Below are positions 1-13,210 of a stretch of DNA of 64,000 bases, piece after piece. The notes under the pieces are model-generated. The model saw only the letters and a list, made by a program, of their open reading frames with translations. It was not told the origin of the DNA and made no database searches. This DNA comes from Heptranchias perlo (lineage: Eukaryota), in NCBI RefSeq assembly GCF_035084215.1, contig NC_090360.1:15190001-15254000 (forward strand). Direction: 5' to 3'. Position numbers and translations under genes: made by a program. Positions within the stretch are counted from its first letter, which is position 1; each line of letters starts with the position of its first letter.

Positions 1-224
1 ACCTCCCCGGGCTGCCTGTACTTCACATCATTATGCTCTTCACTTGCCGGCCTGGTCTAGTCCACTCCATCACCATCTGTTGCCCATATTGCTCACTCCT
101 CACTGCGATTTCTGCTGTTCACTCTGCATCCACAGCCTTAGTTGTCGCCATCGCTGCCACCTCCCTGTCCACCATTGCCTCCGTATCCACCGAATCGTCT
201 ATATATATATATCGCTGCATCCCC

Positions 225-992
225 TATACATCACCTCCTGTCCATCACCACCTCCGCGTACCCTCACCGCCTCCAGGTACCTCACCACCTTCTCACCACC
301 TCCGGGTACCCTCAATGCTTCCTCACCACCTCCGCGTACCCTCAACGCCTCCTCACCACCTCTGCATACCCGCAATGCCTCCTCACCACCTCCACGTACC
401 CTCATCTCCTCCGGGTACCTCACCACCTCTGTGTACCCTCACTGTCTCAGGGTACTCTCACTGCCTCCTCACTGTCTCCGTGTACCCTCACTGCTTCCAC
501 GTACCTCACCTCCTCCTCATTGCCTCCATGTACCTCATTGCCTCATGTACCTCACTGCCTCCATGTACCTCACTGCCTCCGTGTACCTCACTGCCTCCGT
601 GTACCTCACTGCCTCCGTGTACCTCACTGCCTCCTTACCTCCTCCGTCTACCTCACTGCTTACGCGTACCCTCACTGCCTCTGGATACATCACCACCTCT
701 GTGTACCTCACTGCCTCTGTGTACCTCACTGCCTCCTCACTGCCTCTGTGTACCTCACTGCCTCCTCACTGCCCCATGTACCTCACTGCTTACGAGTACC
801 CTCACCGCCTCCGGGTACCGCACCACCTCTGCGTACCCTCACTGCCTCCACGTACCTCACCACCTCCTCACTGCCTCCGTGTACTTCACTGTTTCCACGT
901 ACCCTCACCGCCTCCAGGTACCTCTCCATGTACCTCACTGCCTCTGTGTACCTCACCGTCTCCATGTATCCTCACCACCTCCAGGTACCTCA
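225..992. repeat. C-rich minisatellite, core 18-bp unit TGTACCTCACTGCCTCCG with longer variants
   Basis: Directly visible; generates the CTSLPP / YLTASV / VPHCLR periodic ORFs in all three plus frames. Confidence 0.92.
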
Positions 993-2626
993 ATGCTGCT
1001 CAAAGTTTCATCACTTGGAAGCTTCAGGTTCAGCTCTTCCCAGGCCTGGAGGACTGTTTGGTTCACAAAGGCTACACGCTCATTGGTCTAAATCCACTAA
1101 TCAGGGAGCAGCCTTTTCCGATCCTCTAGGCCTGAGTTGTTTGAAGAGTTGAGGCTGAGGAGAACTCACGGTTCCTTTCCTCTATGTGCACAAGCGTACA
1201 AAGAAGAAAGGAACCAACAAGGCCGGGTAAGAGGTGCTCATGGGCCAGATTCGGCCTGCAGGATACATCTTCGATACCCCCTCAATGAGACACACTGCTT
1301 CCTGTGCTGTGGGGACTGGGGTGAGAAGAGGGATGATCATTTGTGAAAGAGCAGCGGCCAGAAAACGGATGGACATTCTGGAGTTTTGTTTGATTACCTC
1401 TGGGGCTCACTGCGTATTTGCTCAAAACTTTCTCTCAGGGGGATTAATGAATGGGTTGATGTTCACGATAAGGTAGATTATACACAGTCTAAGGAAGGAA
1501 TGTCTAACGGTGCTTTCCCACAGAGATGGAAAACCACTTCAAAGTGACTTAGGGCAGATGTAGACCAGCTGTGTTCGCTCCTAGTCAAGGATTGGTAAAT
1601 GGAGCAGGCAAAAGAAAAAAAATAAATAAAACTTTATAGTCAAACATACATAGCACATGTGGCAAGGGATTGTAGAAATATTTCAGTAACTAATTAAATC
1701 CTGTGATGATTCCACTGAATATTTTTATCACACTTTGTCTTTGGCTGTAGTCCCTGCTCATATTATGAAAATGCCGGAGATTATTAACACTTGTCATCAC
1801 ATAAACATGTCTGGTTCTCAACATTCATGTGTGCACTGATGGAGTCTGCGTGGAACCAATTCTGTTGAGTGATCCAGGTGTGGGTAAGACTGTCACCATC
1901 TGAGGCTGGTTACCATGTGCCTCTAAATCCTGTTGTATTCAATGGGTTCTTGTGGCAGCTTCTGTAGTGCTGCACTGTACAATATACATGATAGACCATG
2001 GTCTGATAAGCATCCTTTCACCATGCACTGGGCTCCAGCATTTACAGCAGAGACTTAATCAGACCATGTGGCTTCTTAGATTTTCAAGCTTCTTTTCTTG
2101 TGACACATGTCATCACTCAACAATTCCAATAACACTTGTTCTGACGGAAACTGTCGACTGGTTAAACAATTCAATTCAGTTTACTGCCAGCAAAAGGTGA
2201 AAGAGCAATTTTAGCAACAACATGATTTAATTACAAAAATGCAAAGAGATGATACTATGACTTGTGCGCAGGATTGCTGCAGAGCAATACTCCAGTCTCT
2301 TCTGTCAATTATAAAATAAACTCTTCACTGCACTTTAGAGGGGATGTTTACTTCAAAGTACATGTTCATCGTAGGCCTGTTGTACTAGACAGCTTGAATT
2401 GATGCTAAGTGCTTTTTGACTTTGTACAACGCATGTGTAATTCAGATGTGAAACCACTTAACGTCCAGGGAAAAGGTGAGAGATTAGCTCCAGTACATTC
2501 AGCTCCACCCGCTGCAGTATACCTGCAGCTCAAAGTAAATCAAACATTAAAAAAAAAATTCAGTCAGCCTGTTGGAAAATCTTTGGGGGTGAAATTAATC
2601 TCGGGCGGTAGCGCAAAACAATCGGC

Positions 2627-2780
2627 CGCCCGACTTACACTCCGCCCGACTTACACTCCGCCCGACTTACACTCCGCCCGACTTACACTCCGCCCGACTT
2701 ACACTCCGCCCGACTTACACTCCGCCCGACTTACACTCCGCCCGATTTACACTCCGCCCGATTTACACTCCGCCCGACTT
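2627..2780. repeat. 16-bp tandem repeat CCGCCCGACTTACACT (~9 copies)
   Basis: Directly visible and nearly perfect; CpG-rich. Confidence 0.95.
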
Positions 2781-2954
2781 TCTTTTTCATTGACTTCAAG
2801 ACCAGCCCCTTTCAATTCCATTGTGAATCTTTTTCATGTAAGGTGATGGCTGACTGTCCTGTACTTTCAAGCATACGTGTATAGTGCTCCCTGATCAGAA
2901 AACAGAGCAGAGCTGGCAGTATAATTCAGATCTGCCAACTCTGCATCACCCTTA

Positions 2955-3527
2955 ACAAGTATTGCTGGTTAGGACACATCTGGAGTACTGTGTAAAGTTC
3001 TGGGCACCGCCCCTTGGAAAGGATATATTGGCCTTGGAAGGAGTGTAGTGCAGATTCACCAGAATGTTACCAGGGCTCCAAGGGTTAGATAATGAGGAGA
3101 GATTACACAAACTAGGCTTGTATTTCCTGGAATATAGAAGGTTAAGGGGTGACTTGATTGAGGCTTTTAGGATTTTGAAAGGAATTGATAAGGTAGATAG
3201 AGAGAAACTTTTTCCGCTGGTGGGAGAGCCTAGGACAAGGGGGCATAACGTTAAAATCAGAGCCAGGCCATTCAGGAGAGAAGTTAGAAAACACTTCTTC
3301 ATGCAAAGGGTGGTAGAAGTGTGGAATTCTCTCCCACAAAAAGCAGTAGATGCTAGCTCAATTAATAATATTAAATCTGAAATCGTTAGATTTATGCTAG
3401 CCAAGAGTATTAAGGGATATGGAACCAAGGCGGGTGGATGGAGTTAAGATGCAGATCAACCATGATCTCAATGAATGGTAGAACAGGCTCAAGGGGTTGA
3501 ATGGCCTCCTCCTGTTCCTATGTTCCC
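2955..3527 (+). mobile_element. CR1 LINE 3' fragment
   Basis: ORF2 C-terminus RRLRGDLIE..RTRGH..FF..RVV..WNSLP and GAATGGCCTCCTCCTGTTCCTATGTTCC tail. Confidence 0.92.
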
Positions 3528-5427
3528 ATTGGCCTCAAATCAGTACTTACAGTAACAAGAACACCCATGCATATGTATAGGAGCTAATTATTGCAACATG
3601 TTTTAATTGCTCATATAATCAGCTCCATAAGTGTTGTAGGAATTCCTATTGCATTTCCAACTAATGTTCTCCAACTGATGTCCCCTGTTGCCAAACAGCC
3701 TGCCGACACGGTTCAGAAATAAATAACGGCCATTTGGGAAAAGTAGTGGAGAGCAGTCGGCACTATGGAACCGCACGCCACAGTCTTTGGGCCAGAAGAG
3801 GAGGAGAGGGAAGAAAAAGGGGAAAGAGATTTAAAAAAACATAGTTAACTGTTACCCAAATTCATCCGTACATAGAACTACATAGAATTTTACAGCACAG
3901 AAATAGGCCATTCAGCCCAACTGGTCTATGCCTATGTTTATGCTCCACACAAGCCTCCTCCTACCCTACTACATTGAACCCTATCATCATATAGCAAGTA
4001 CCACATTCAAATAAAGAATTATCAGGATTGTTAAGTATTTTTTCCGCAATGCTATCTTTGCTTTAGCATAACGATTATTTTTTTGCTTTTATACTGCTAT
4101 TTAAATCAGGAAACCCACAGAATAACAAGAGATACTGGGATTTATTTTACTTAGCAACACGGCTGACAAAATACTAAAACCCAAGGCACAAGGAACAGTA
4201 AACATACTCAGTCATACCATTGCTAATTAATGCCTTAGTATAAATTCACAGACACAGTTCATCGTACTGGCTAAAGGCCACTACTATGTATCTTTATAAA
4301 AAATTGCAAGACGGCTTTTTTAAAGGTAAGATTGCTTTGTAATTAGTTTTACAGCAGATGATAATTAGGTTAGTTCAGTAAATGGCGCTGCCTAGGTGCT
4401 ATAAATTTCTCCATTAAATTATTTTCAGAGTTCCTGTCAGTCTGACATTTGCGATTCCAGAGTCATAGACTTATTGAATTAGGACAAGTGCCACTGTCAT
4501 TTTGAAGGTCATTTACTTCCTCATTTAGATATATGGTGATTATTTTCCAGTCCAGTGAACTGTGTTACTTGCCAGTCAATTTAGTATTTTCTAATATGAG
4601 TAGAATATTGGTGTGTTGTATGTAACTGAGGCCCATTATCAGAATCCTCACAAGATCCAAAATGGTCTTTACTCTTATAATAATCATCTCCAACAATAAA
4701 ATATCTAGGCATTGCTCAAAGCATGAAATGATAGGAGATGTATCTCTCTGTAACCACTCTTAATTCTGATAAATGCTTCTTTGAAATCTCTACTCCAGAG
4801 TACAGAGAATAGATGTGTGTGGAAGTATCAGAGCCTTGTATTTATGCAGTTGCAATTTCCTGGCCCACCACAGGGACATTGTCACTTGATTTAATGTTAC
4901 ACATTTGTCACCAGTCATCTGGCTTATTCTGAAAAAAAAAGCTTTGCAATTTTAAGCTTGAAGATGGTTACACCCCTATTGTTTATCCAACACAACTGTA
5001 TCCATACAGACTGGTTCACTGTGACGATAATGCAAATTAATGAAGACAGGCTGAAACGTGTGTTTATTTTTACGTGTCAATGGGGAGTGTAGTCATTTAG
5101 CTCAAGGCTTTGGAAGACAATTGAGATGTAATGTTTCACTGGTGAGTGTCAGTGAAGAACAGTCACATCACATCACATCACTCTTATATTGCATCACACA
5201 CATGAACTGGGCTCCGTTTGGTTCGAGTGTTTACAATTCGGATTCACATAATTTAGATGGAAAGGTGGCGATGAAAAATTAAAATAATTTTTCTATTGGT
5301 GTGGAGTCGCAATGCATTTGACAATTACATAGCAAAGTGAATTCAGCTCTCCTGGGCTCCTAGCTCGCTTAATGAGGGTGTGGGTTAGAAAATCAGTGTT
5401 GTAGCCCTATCTTCAACAGCGCTCCCA

Positions 5428-5660
5428 TCCAAAGATGTGAAGGCCTTAGAGAGGGTGCAGAAGAGATTTACCAGAATGATTCCAGGGATGAGGGACTTTA
5501 GTTATGTGGATAGACTGGAGAAGCTGGGGTTGTTCTCCTTGGAACAGCGAAGGTTTTGCGAGGAGATTTGATAGAGGTATTCAAAATCATGAAGGGTCCA
5601 TTCAGAGCAGATAGAGAGAAACTGTTCCCATTGGCGGAAGGGTCAAGAACCAGAGGAAAT
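5428..5660 (+). mobile_element. CR1 ORF2 internal fragment
   Basis: ALERVQKRFTRMIPG..LEKLGLFSLE..GDLIEVFKIMKG motifs. Confidence 0.85.
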
Positions 5661-5661
5661 A

Positions 5662-5736
5662 GTAAACAATTTTACAACACCAAGTTATAGTCCAGCAATT
5701 TTATTTTAAATTCACAAGCTTTCGGAGGCTTCCTCC
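5662..5736 (-). mobile_element. Truncated Penelope-like fragment abutting a CR1 fragment
   Basis: 74/75 identical to 47042-47116; lacks the CUGANGA core. Confidence 0.8.
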
Positions 5737-5924
5737 CAGCCCAATCACATATTTATCTAGGTCATTTGCCCTATTCCCTATTGTTTCATCAAAAAATGCC
5801 TTCACTTTGTGCTTTTGATGTTTTAACTGGGGTATTGTTGTAACAACAACCAGCATTTGCTATACTAAGAACAATTGTTTATGGGAAAGTAAAAAGCCTT
5901 TGGTTTAAACTTGCCTTTTTGCAG

Positions 5925-6160
5925 ATTTCAGATATTTTCTAGCTGTGACAATGACAATTGTCATCCTTCTGTTCTTCGTGTCAGGCAGTCGCCTTTGTTA
6001 CCCGGCCAAGGAGAGGCAAATTAATGAGACTTCCTGTCCCCAAGCCAAGCAAAATGTGCTGTGGATACAGTACGGCATATACAATGGAGCACGTATCGAT
6101 GAAATTGTTCCCACAAGTGCCCAAACTGAATGTACATTCAACAAAATGAGATACAAGTGA
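5925..6160 (+). CDS. Candidate terminal exon of an unidentified single-pass membrane protein: (D)FRYFLAVTMTIVILLFFVSGSRLCY...KMRYK*
   Basis: Strong acceptor ttgcctttttgcAG, open frame in phase 1, hydrophobic segment; no secure homology. Confidence 0.35.
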
Positions 6161-7679
6161 TAGTCCATGAGGAAATGATTCTCACATTTTACATGTGATG
6201 ATTCATTCTGTGCTGTGTGTTTAGTTGCCCCTTGATTGTGTGTGTATATATATATATAAAAAAACTCAAATCTCATGAATATTTCTTGTGTGTCAGTATA
6301 TTAATGTAATGAATTAATCATCTACAGAGGGGTGGATAGAATGGTTCTGAGCTGCACTTAAAGCTATCTGAGTGGAACGTTTAGCCCCATTTAAATTCGT
6401 GCCACAGTCCCCAAGCTTCATTCGTGCCTTGCTGAATGAAAACTTCAGCCAACAACAGTCACTCGTACAAAACAAGACTCAGATCTCCGACTGTCCCAAA
6501 CTTAACCAATTCAGATTTCATTGTCATTCAAAACTCTTCTGATTTCTCCACTCATCTCTAACCACATAACAAAACACAACGCTTCTTATAGTGTCAATTT
6601 GGCAGCTTTTAAGGTTAACAAATTTGTCCCACTTTTCCAACTCGTCACACAGGGACTACTGAATTTGGCCTCCCATAAACTTTATCCGTGTAATCTCAGT
6701 TTAACAGTGTGGGAGGCAGCCTTAACAAGATACAGTCAAAAGACTGGTACAGTAAATAATAAACTGACAAAGGACGACTCCAAAGAATAGATCTAGCTTA
6801 AACCTTCTGTAATCCACACACTAGGGGTTAAAGTGCGAACCAGTTTGGACATGCACTAATTCATCAATCTTAGCAGATCAAACTTGCAGACTGATTAGAA
6901 TCACTAAAATAATTCTTTCCTCTAGAAACCAATAGTGAAGTGAAAATCAAACTCCAAATTCTCAATTGAAAAAAAAACATATTAATTCAAGCATTTAAAA
7001 GCCATCTTGTTGGATATCTGTCTAAATTCACAGTCATAACCAATCACCCTTATAAGCTTACCAGCCTTTGCCTGCTGCCATTTAAAAAAAAAATTCCACT
7101 CCCTTCATCTCTTGATGGTGCTAACTCCTTGCTGAGGCATGAATCAGCCTCCGGTATTTCACCCAAATTGTCCATTATTTACCTATGTGCCTGGACAGTG
7201 ATGTTGATTGGCCATGGGGGGCATCACTCATTATCCAATTACACACACTCTGAGCAGCGGTTGATGGAAAGCAATCTGGAGCAGGAACCCTGGCAGTTTT
7301 TGGTAGAGGGTAATTTGCTGGTCACTGTACTTTGTTAAGGGACTAATGTCACACCGCACCCTAACCCAGGGATAGTGAGGCTCATTTATAGTGCCCCTTA
7401 CTGCAGCCCCAGCTGAAATCACATACCTGAGATTGAACCTAAGGCCTCCTGGTCTGTACAGCTCAGCTACTCACTAAATAAGCTTGTTGAGGTGTCAAGG
7501 GAGCATGCCTGTCTACTTCGCAGTACATTTCAGGCTGTGAGATAAAATGTTCATGAGAACACTCATCTTGTTATAAACCTCCAAAAGATTGTGTTATGAT
7601 GAAGTTGTGACATCTGTATTGCAAATAATACATAACAAAGCACTAATTCTTCATAAAACATTTCACTTCATATCCCTGT

Positions 7680-8292
7680 AAGCTTGATTCTGTGGGTAGC
7701 ATTCTCGCCTCTGGGTCAAAAGGTTGTGTGTTTGTGCCTCACACCAAGGCTTCAGCTCATTAACTAGGCTAACGCTCCAGTGGATTACTGAGGGGAGTTC
7801 TGCATTGCTGGAGGTGCTGTCCTTTGGATGAGATGCCACACTAAGATTTTTTCTGCTTCTTCAGGTGGACATTAAGCTGCTTTGTCGGGCTTGCTGCCTT
7901 GATGTGAAACTAAGGCCCCATCTGCATGTTCGTTACCCAAAACTGATTACCTGGTCATTTACATAGAATTACATAGAATTTACAGCACAGAAACAGGCCA
8001 TTCAGCCCATGCCGGTGTTTATGCTCCACACAAACCTCCTCCCACCCTATTTCATCTCACCCTATCAACATATCCTTCTATTCCTTTCTCCCTCATGTAC
8101 TTATCTAGCTTCACCTTAAATACATTTATGAGATGCATTTATCTCATCGCTGTTTGTGGGACCTCGCAAATTGGTGGCTGCGTTTGCCTCCAAAACAACA
8201 CATTCCAAGTAATTCATGAGCTGTGAAGCACTTTGGGACACCCCGAGAAAGTGAAAGGCGCCATATAAATGCAAATTCGTTCTTTCTTTGTT
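7680..8292 (+). mobile_element. SacSINE1-like Deu-domain SINE with nested CR1 tail (7962-8135, minus)
   Basis: tRNA-like head, body and L2-like tail collinear with other copies; CATTTA duplicated around the insert. Confidence 0.75.
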
Positions 8293-8559
8293 TTACATTG
8301 GTCTCCAGCCACCAGCTCCTGCAGCATGAATCTCACACAGCCAGTGTTCATGTCAAAATAAAGCAAGCAGATTGTTTATAAAAATGGCAGCCATGGTCTT
8401 CCTTCCTCTCGGTGGTTTCCTGGAACCAGTAAAGGTGTCGCTGCAGCATTGGTGGTGAGATCATCGGACATACTGCTGTTCTTTCTACGGCGACACCGTG
8501 ACTAAATGTTATGATGTCATGGCGCCGCACACGTGACATTGACCAACGTGATCCATGTG

Positions 8560-8828
8560 ATCTCCTGGACTGGTGTCGATCGCCAGAGGGGATCAGAGAG
8601 GAATTTTCCAGAGTATTTTTTCCCTAATTGGCCCCTGGGGTTTTTTTCTTTGTTATTTTACCTCTCCCAGGAGATCACACGGCTGCGAGAGTTGGGGGGA
8701 GGGGAGGTCGGGGGGGGGTTGTGGGAAGAAGTATTTAGCCCATGACGGCCCGGCCACCATGGTGTGTGGGGTAGGCTTGATGGACCAGCTGGTCTTTTCC
8801 TGCCCGTCAATTTTATATGTACGTTCGT
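8560..8828 (+). mobile_element. Probable LINE 3' UTR of another family
   Basis: GGCTTGATGGACCAGCTGGTCTTTTCCTGCCCG followed by a TATGT-like tail; architecture resembles CR1 3' ends. Confidence 0.45.
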
Positions 8829-8913
8829 CTGTGTCACAGCTGGGTCAGGGCAAGCCCAGAATGGCAGTCCACCGTAGTTTATAGGGAGACCAGTCACACA
8901 TTGAAAGAGTTAG

Positions 8914-8944
<31 letters not shown>

Positions 8945-10394
8945 AAGGTCTGGATTGCAATATAAAAGCAGCTTCTAAGGCCACTTGGCACCATTAGAAG
9001 AACTGCAGCGAGTTCTCCCGGGTTCTGACCAGCATTCCAAAATCACTTAAAAACAACACAGATTAGCTGCCATCCAGCCCATGATATTTGTGGAATGTCA
9101 TTGGTGGAAAATGGCTCCTGCATTTGCTTAGACAGTAACAGTAATTAATTGTGTGAAGTGCTTTGAGGTAATTTGCTGTGAGATGTACAATATAAACACA
9201 CATATGATTATTGAGCTACCAAATAAGGATCATGTTAACTAGTACTGATCAAGAAACTGGAGGATATCATAGAATCCAAGCCATGGGTTGCCAGCATATG
9301 TGTTAATGCCTATGAGAGCTTGCTTTAAGGATAAGTCCTTGATTAAACATTTAACTGCTTAGTACTTAAAAATTAATTAAAGTAATTACTGTCTTTTCAA
9401 AACTTTGATTTACTATGTGTACCAGATGAGCATGGTTTACATAAGTTGTCTGTGATGGTGTACTTCAGAAGTATCCAAGTTATTTGTCTTCTTGGGCCAC
9501 ATGGGTGCTTGCTGTGGAGTCTCAGTGACCATTTATTAGGGTTGCTATGGTGAGTCAGAAGGTTGAGGGTTCAAGTCCCACTCCAGAGACTTGAGCACAT
9601 AATACAGGTTGATACTCCCAATGCAGTACTGAGGGAATGCTCCACTGTTGGAGTTGCTAGGGTAGAAATTGGTCTTGGTAATGCAAAAAGGCCACGTGTT
9701 ATTCAGTTCTATTGCAGTCAATGAATATCAGATGGGGATAAACCAGCCAGACTTCCTGTGCAGTGACCCCTGCTGGAAGGTGCAGACTAGATATTGGGTT
9801 TGCCCTTGATGCTTCCACAGTCAAATAACTTACTGATGCTCACTGTCTTAGGCTCAGATATGATAAGTGAACAGATGAGTGAGATACCAGAGACTGACTG
9901 GTACCTGTGGAACTGCACCCGAGCAACAGTTAGTGCCTCTGACAGAAGGGCAGAAAATTTGAGAAGTGTTTTGCTATTGGTCGACAGTGATATTTATCTG
10001 CACACTGTCACAGACATCAGACGTTTTCTAAGAAAACGTATTAAATAGAAAATAAAAATCTTATTTGTTGTTAAAAGTCCTCTAACTAAAAGCACAAATA
10101 TGCAGAATTCTAGGCACCACTCACAGTACTGAACTCATGTCTTTTTTATTTGTACAACCACTCCATATGGTGACGGAAACACATGCTGTGATTGACACTT
10201 TAAAGGTTAAGGCAGTTTCCTTGAACTCAGTTGTACCCTCACTGGGAGCACTACCGGACATAGTCTGAATTTTACAGTTGAATCTGGCTTTATGCTACAG
10301 ATCTGACACTTTCATTTCCGCCGCTGAAGATTTCATTTTAAACCGAAAATTAGAATGTTGCAGCCGCTGATCAAAAATGGTTTCAGTGAGAGAG

Positions 10395-10838
10395 AAATTA
10401 CATTCATATAGCGCCTTTCATGACCCCAGGACGCCCCAAAGGGCTTTACAGTCAATGAAGCACTTATGAAATGTAGTCACCATTGTAATGTAGGAAACGC
10501 AACAGCCAATTTACACACAGCAAGCTCCCACAAACAGCAGTGAGATAATGACCAGATAATCTGTTTTTTTTTAAAAAGTGATGTTGGTTGAGGGATAAAT
10601 ATTGGCCAGGATACTAGGGAGAACTCCCCTGCTCTTCTTCAAACAGTGCCATGGGATCTTTTACATCCACCTAAGACGGCAAACAGGTCCTTGGGTTAAC
10701 ATCTCATCCAAAAGACAGCACCTCCAACAGTGCAGCACTCAACTGGTGTACCAAAGCCTGAATTATGTGTTCAAGACTGGGACTTGAACCCACAACCTTC
10801 ATAAACTCAAAGGCAAGAGTGCTACCAACATGGGTAAC
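10395..10838 (-). mobile_element. SacSINE1-like SINE
   Basis: Near full length; GGTTCAAGTCCC B-box head and GAAAGGCGCTATAT tail. Confidence 0.85.
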
Positions 10839-11569
10839 AGTGTGGCAATTTATTCCACAGGCAGGCAGCCCAGCACTTGGGATTTGATTTGCTTTTACCT
10901 TGCTGGTACCAAACTGCAATGTTCTCAGATGTCTATCTGTGGCTAACATTGGTTCAGTTGCATTGAAATCAAGCAGGATTGCTTTGATGCTTCTTACATC
11001 CAGTTACTGGGAACAAGTTTCAATTTATTCACGTCAACTGAGCAAACACTAAAAAGGGTTGATAGTTTATAAAAATATATTTCAGCCTCTCGTCGTTGGA
11101 GCCGCAGCAGTTTTAACAGAAGTCATATGGCAGCAAATAGCATTAAAAATTCAGCACCTCTGAAGTAACATCTGGCAAAGGAAAGTCCACTCCCTACAGG
11201 GGGAAATTGGTGCCATGGCAACAGGAAAAAAAAAAGCTCCAACAAAGAGTCAGAGTGCACCCAGCAGGCACGGAGCAAGAGAGATTCCTGAATGTTCTTA
11301 ACTTCCTGTGTAAAGAGATGTGGATGTAACACAAAAAAAAGTTGTTTCACCCTTGCTACGACTATAAAGGCAAAGGTTAGGCAGGTCAGTACCCTCCGTG
11401 TGTCCACCTTGTCTGTGTGACAGTATTTACACTGTCAGAATGGACACAGTTAATGCTTGAAAGAGTTTTTTTTGTCTGGTCCAAACTGCCGGTTTTAAGG
11501 TCCCAAAGACGTGTGAACATATGCTGCCCGGTCATTTCTATATCCCAGTTGTGTCACGTGCTGCGTTAA

Positions 11570-12005
11570 GAAAGAACTTACCTTTATATAGAGCCTTTCA
11601 TCACCTCAGGATGTCCCAAAGAGCTTCACAGCCAATGAGGTACTTTTGGAGTGCAGTCACTGTTCTAATGTAGTCAAACATGGCAGCCATTTTGCGCACA
11701 GCAAGCTCCCACAAACAGCACTAAGGTAAATGGCCAGATCATGTGTTTTAGTGGTGTTATCTTTTTTGACCAGGACACTGGGAGAACTCCCCCTGCTCTT
11801 CTTCAAATGGAATCTTTTACGCCCATTTAAGAGGGCAGACGGTGCCAGTTAAATCCAAAAGACCACCCTTCTGAAAGTACAGCACTCCTCCTGTACTTTG
11901 CTGAAGTGTCAGCCTAGATTATCTCATCAAGTCTCTGGAATGGGACTTAAACCCACAACTCGTTGACTCAGAAGCGAGAGTGTTACCACTGAGCCGAGGC
12001 TGACA
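11570..12005 (-). mobile_element. SacSINE1-like SINE
   Basis: Collinear with 12209-12658. Confidence 0.85.
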
Positions 12006-12027
12006 CTTTAAAATGTAGCTGCACTAA

Positions 12028-12180
12028 AGGGCTGACTTTACTAATGCCCGCTTCTGCCAGGGAGCACGCCCGCCACTGATCCGTACCTGGAGGTCGCAAG
12101 CGTTCCCCATGATTTCCCGATATGCGCTTACCAGAAAGCGAGGCTCTGCTCTGGGGATGCACATTCATAAAATCGGCCCT
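12028..12180. mobile_element. 153-bp Harbinger-like MITE
   Basis: TIR AGGGCTGACTTTA / TAAAATCGGCCCT (11/13 match); TAA on both sides (12025-27, 12181-83). Confidence 0.65.
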
Positions 12181-12208
12181 TAAATGTAACGATGCAGATA
12201 TTGGAATT

Positions 12209-12658
12209 AGAAGAAAGAAGAAAGACTTGCATTTATATAGCGCCTTTCACAACCTCAGGATATCCCAAAGCGCTTTACAGCCAATGAAGTACTTTTGAAG
12301 TGTAGTCACTGTTGCGCACAGCAAGCTCCCACAAAGACCAACGTGATAATGACCAGATAATCTGTTTTAGTGATGTTGGCTGAGGGATAAATATTGGCCA
12401 GGACACCAGGGAGAACTCCCCTGCTCTTCTTTGAAATAGTGCTATGGAATCTCTTACGTCCACCTGAGAGGGCAGACAGGGCCTCGGTCTCAGTTTAACG
12501 TCTCATCCGAAAGACGGCACCTCCGACAATGCAGCACTCCCTCAGTACTGGTACTGGAGTATCAGCCTAGATATTGCGCTCAAGTCTCTGGATTGGGGGC
12601 TTGAAGCTACAACCTTCTGACTCATAGGCTAGAGTGCTACCATGGGCCACGGCTGACA
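12209..12658 (-). mobile_element. SacSINE1-like SINE
   Basis: tRNA-derived head, central GAAGAGCAGGGGAGTTCTCCC..GGCCAATATTTATCCCTCA domain, (TTCT)n tail. Confidence 0.88.
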
Positions 12659-13033
12659 TTTATGCAATGGAGATACACTTACACTAAAACCAAAGAGCCT
12701 GTTGAAGTAGGTGAGGTAAACAGTACAGCGCTACTTACACCATCGATACTTATCCCGGACAGCTGCCTATATCTGGCGCAAAGCATTTGCCATCACCATA
12801 GTCGTCAAACACAAAGGCACCGTTTAAATGTATTAAGCGCGCCGACTATTTTGGCCAGTTTCAAGCAACTGTTTGCACCTCGTTAAAGTGCGATTACCTC
12901 AGAGATGCATTAAGTCCTTTCATGAGTTCTGTGACGTGGATCAGACAGCTCCTCTGCCTCCTGTCCCTCTGGCACCTCCTCCGGCTGCCGTGGGCCCCTC
13001 TTGCCGTCTGACTTGCCCGCTCCGGTCACCAGG

Positions 13034-13210
13034 TTAAAGCACGGATTTCTTGGGCAGGAGCAGGGCTTGGATGTCGGGCAGCACCCCCACCCCCCTCCCC
13101 ACCAGTTGATGGCGACACTCCCCCGAAGTTTGCCGAGCTCCTCCTCAATGCGGATGGCGAGCTGCCGGTGACGGGGATTTAAAAATTTCGTGGTCACGCT
13201 GTCCACCACG
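13034..13210 (-). pseudogene. Decayed histone H2A C-terminal fragment
   Basis: PRHRQLAIRIEEELGKLRGSVAIN, then a frameshift in a G-run, then GVLPDIQALLLPKKSVL*; canonical H2A is [40 protein letters not shown]. GC-rich island in AT-rich context. Confidence 0.85.

Noticed and set aside
33-1152. Three overlapping 336-361 aa ORFs
   Set aside because: All three frames are open because the C-rich 18-bp minisatellite lacks stops; the peptides are periodic with no domain signature.
1130-1226. Plus-strand exon-like segment (tctAG...CGG|gtaaga)
   Set aside because: Its only open frame is phase 2-0, incompatible with the neighbouring candidate exons, and no homology was recognised.
3064-3447. ORFs such as 3064-3447, 28574-29029, 39664-40029 and 62229-62555 as host genes
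   Set aside because: C-terminal ORF2 remnants of CR1/L2 LINEs, 5'-truncated and lacking intact endonuclease/RT cores.
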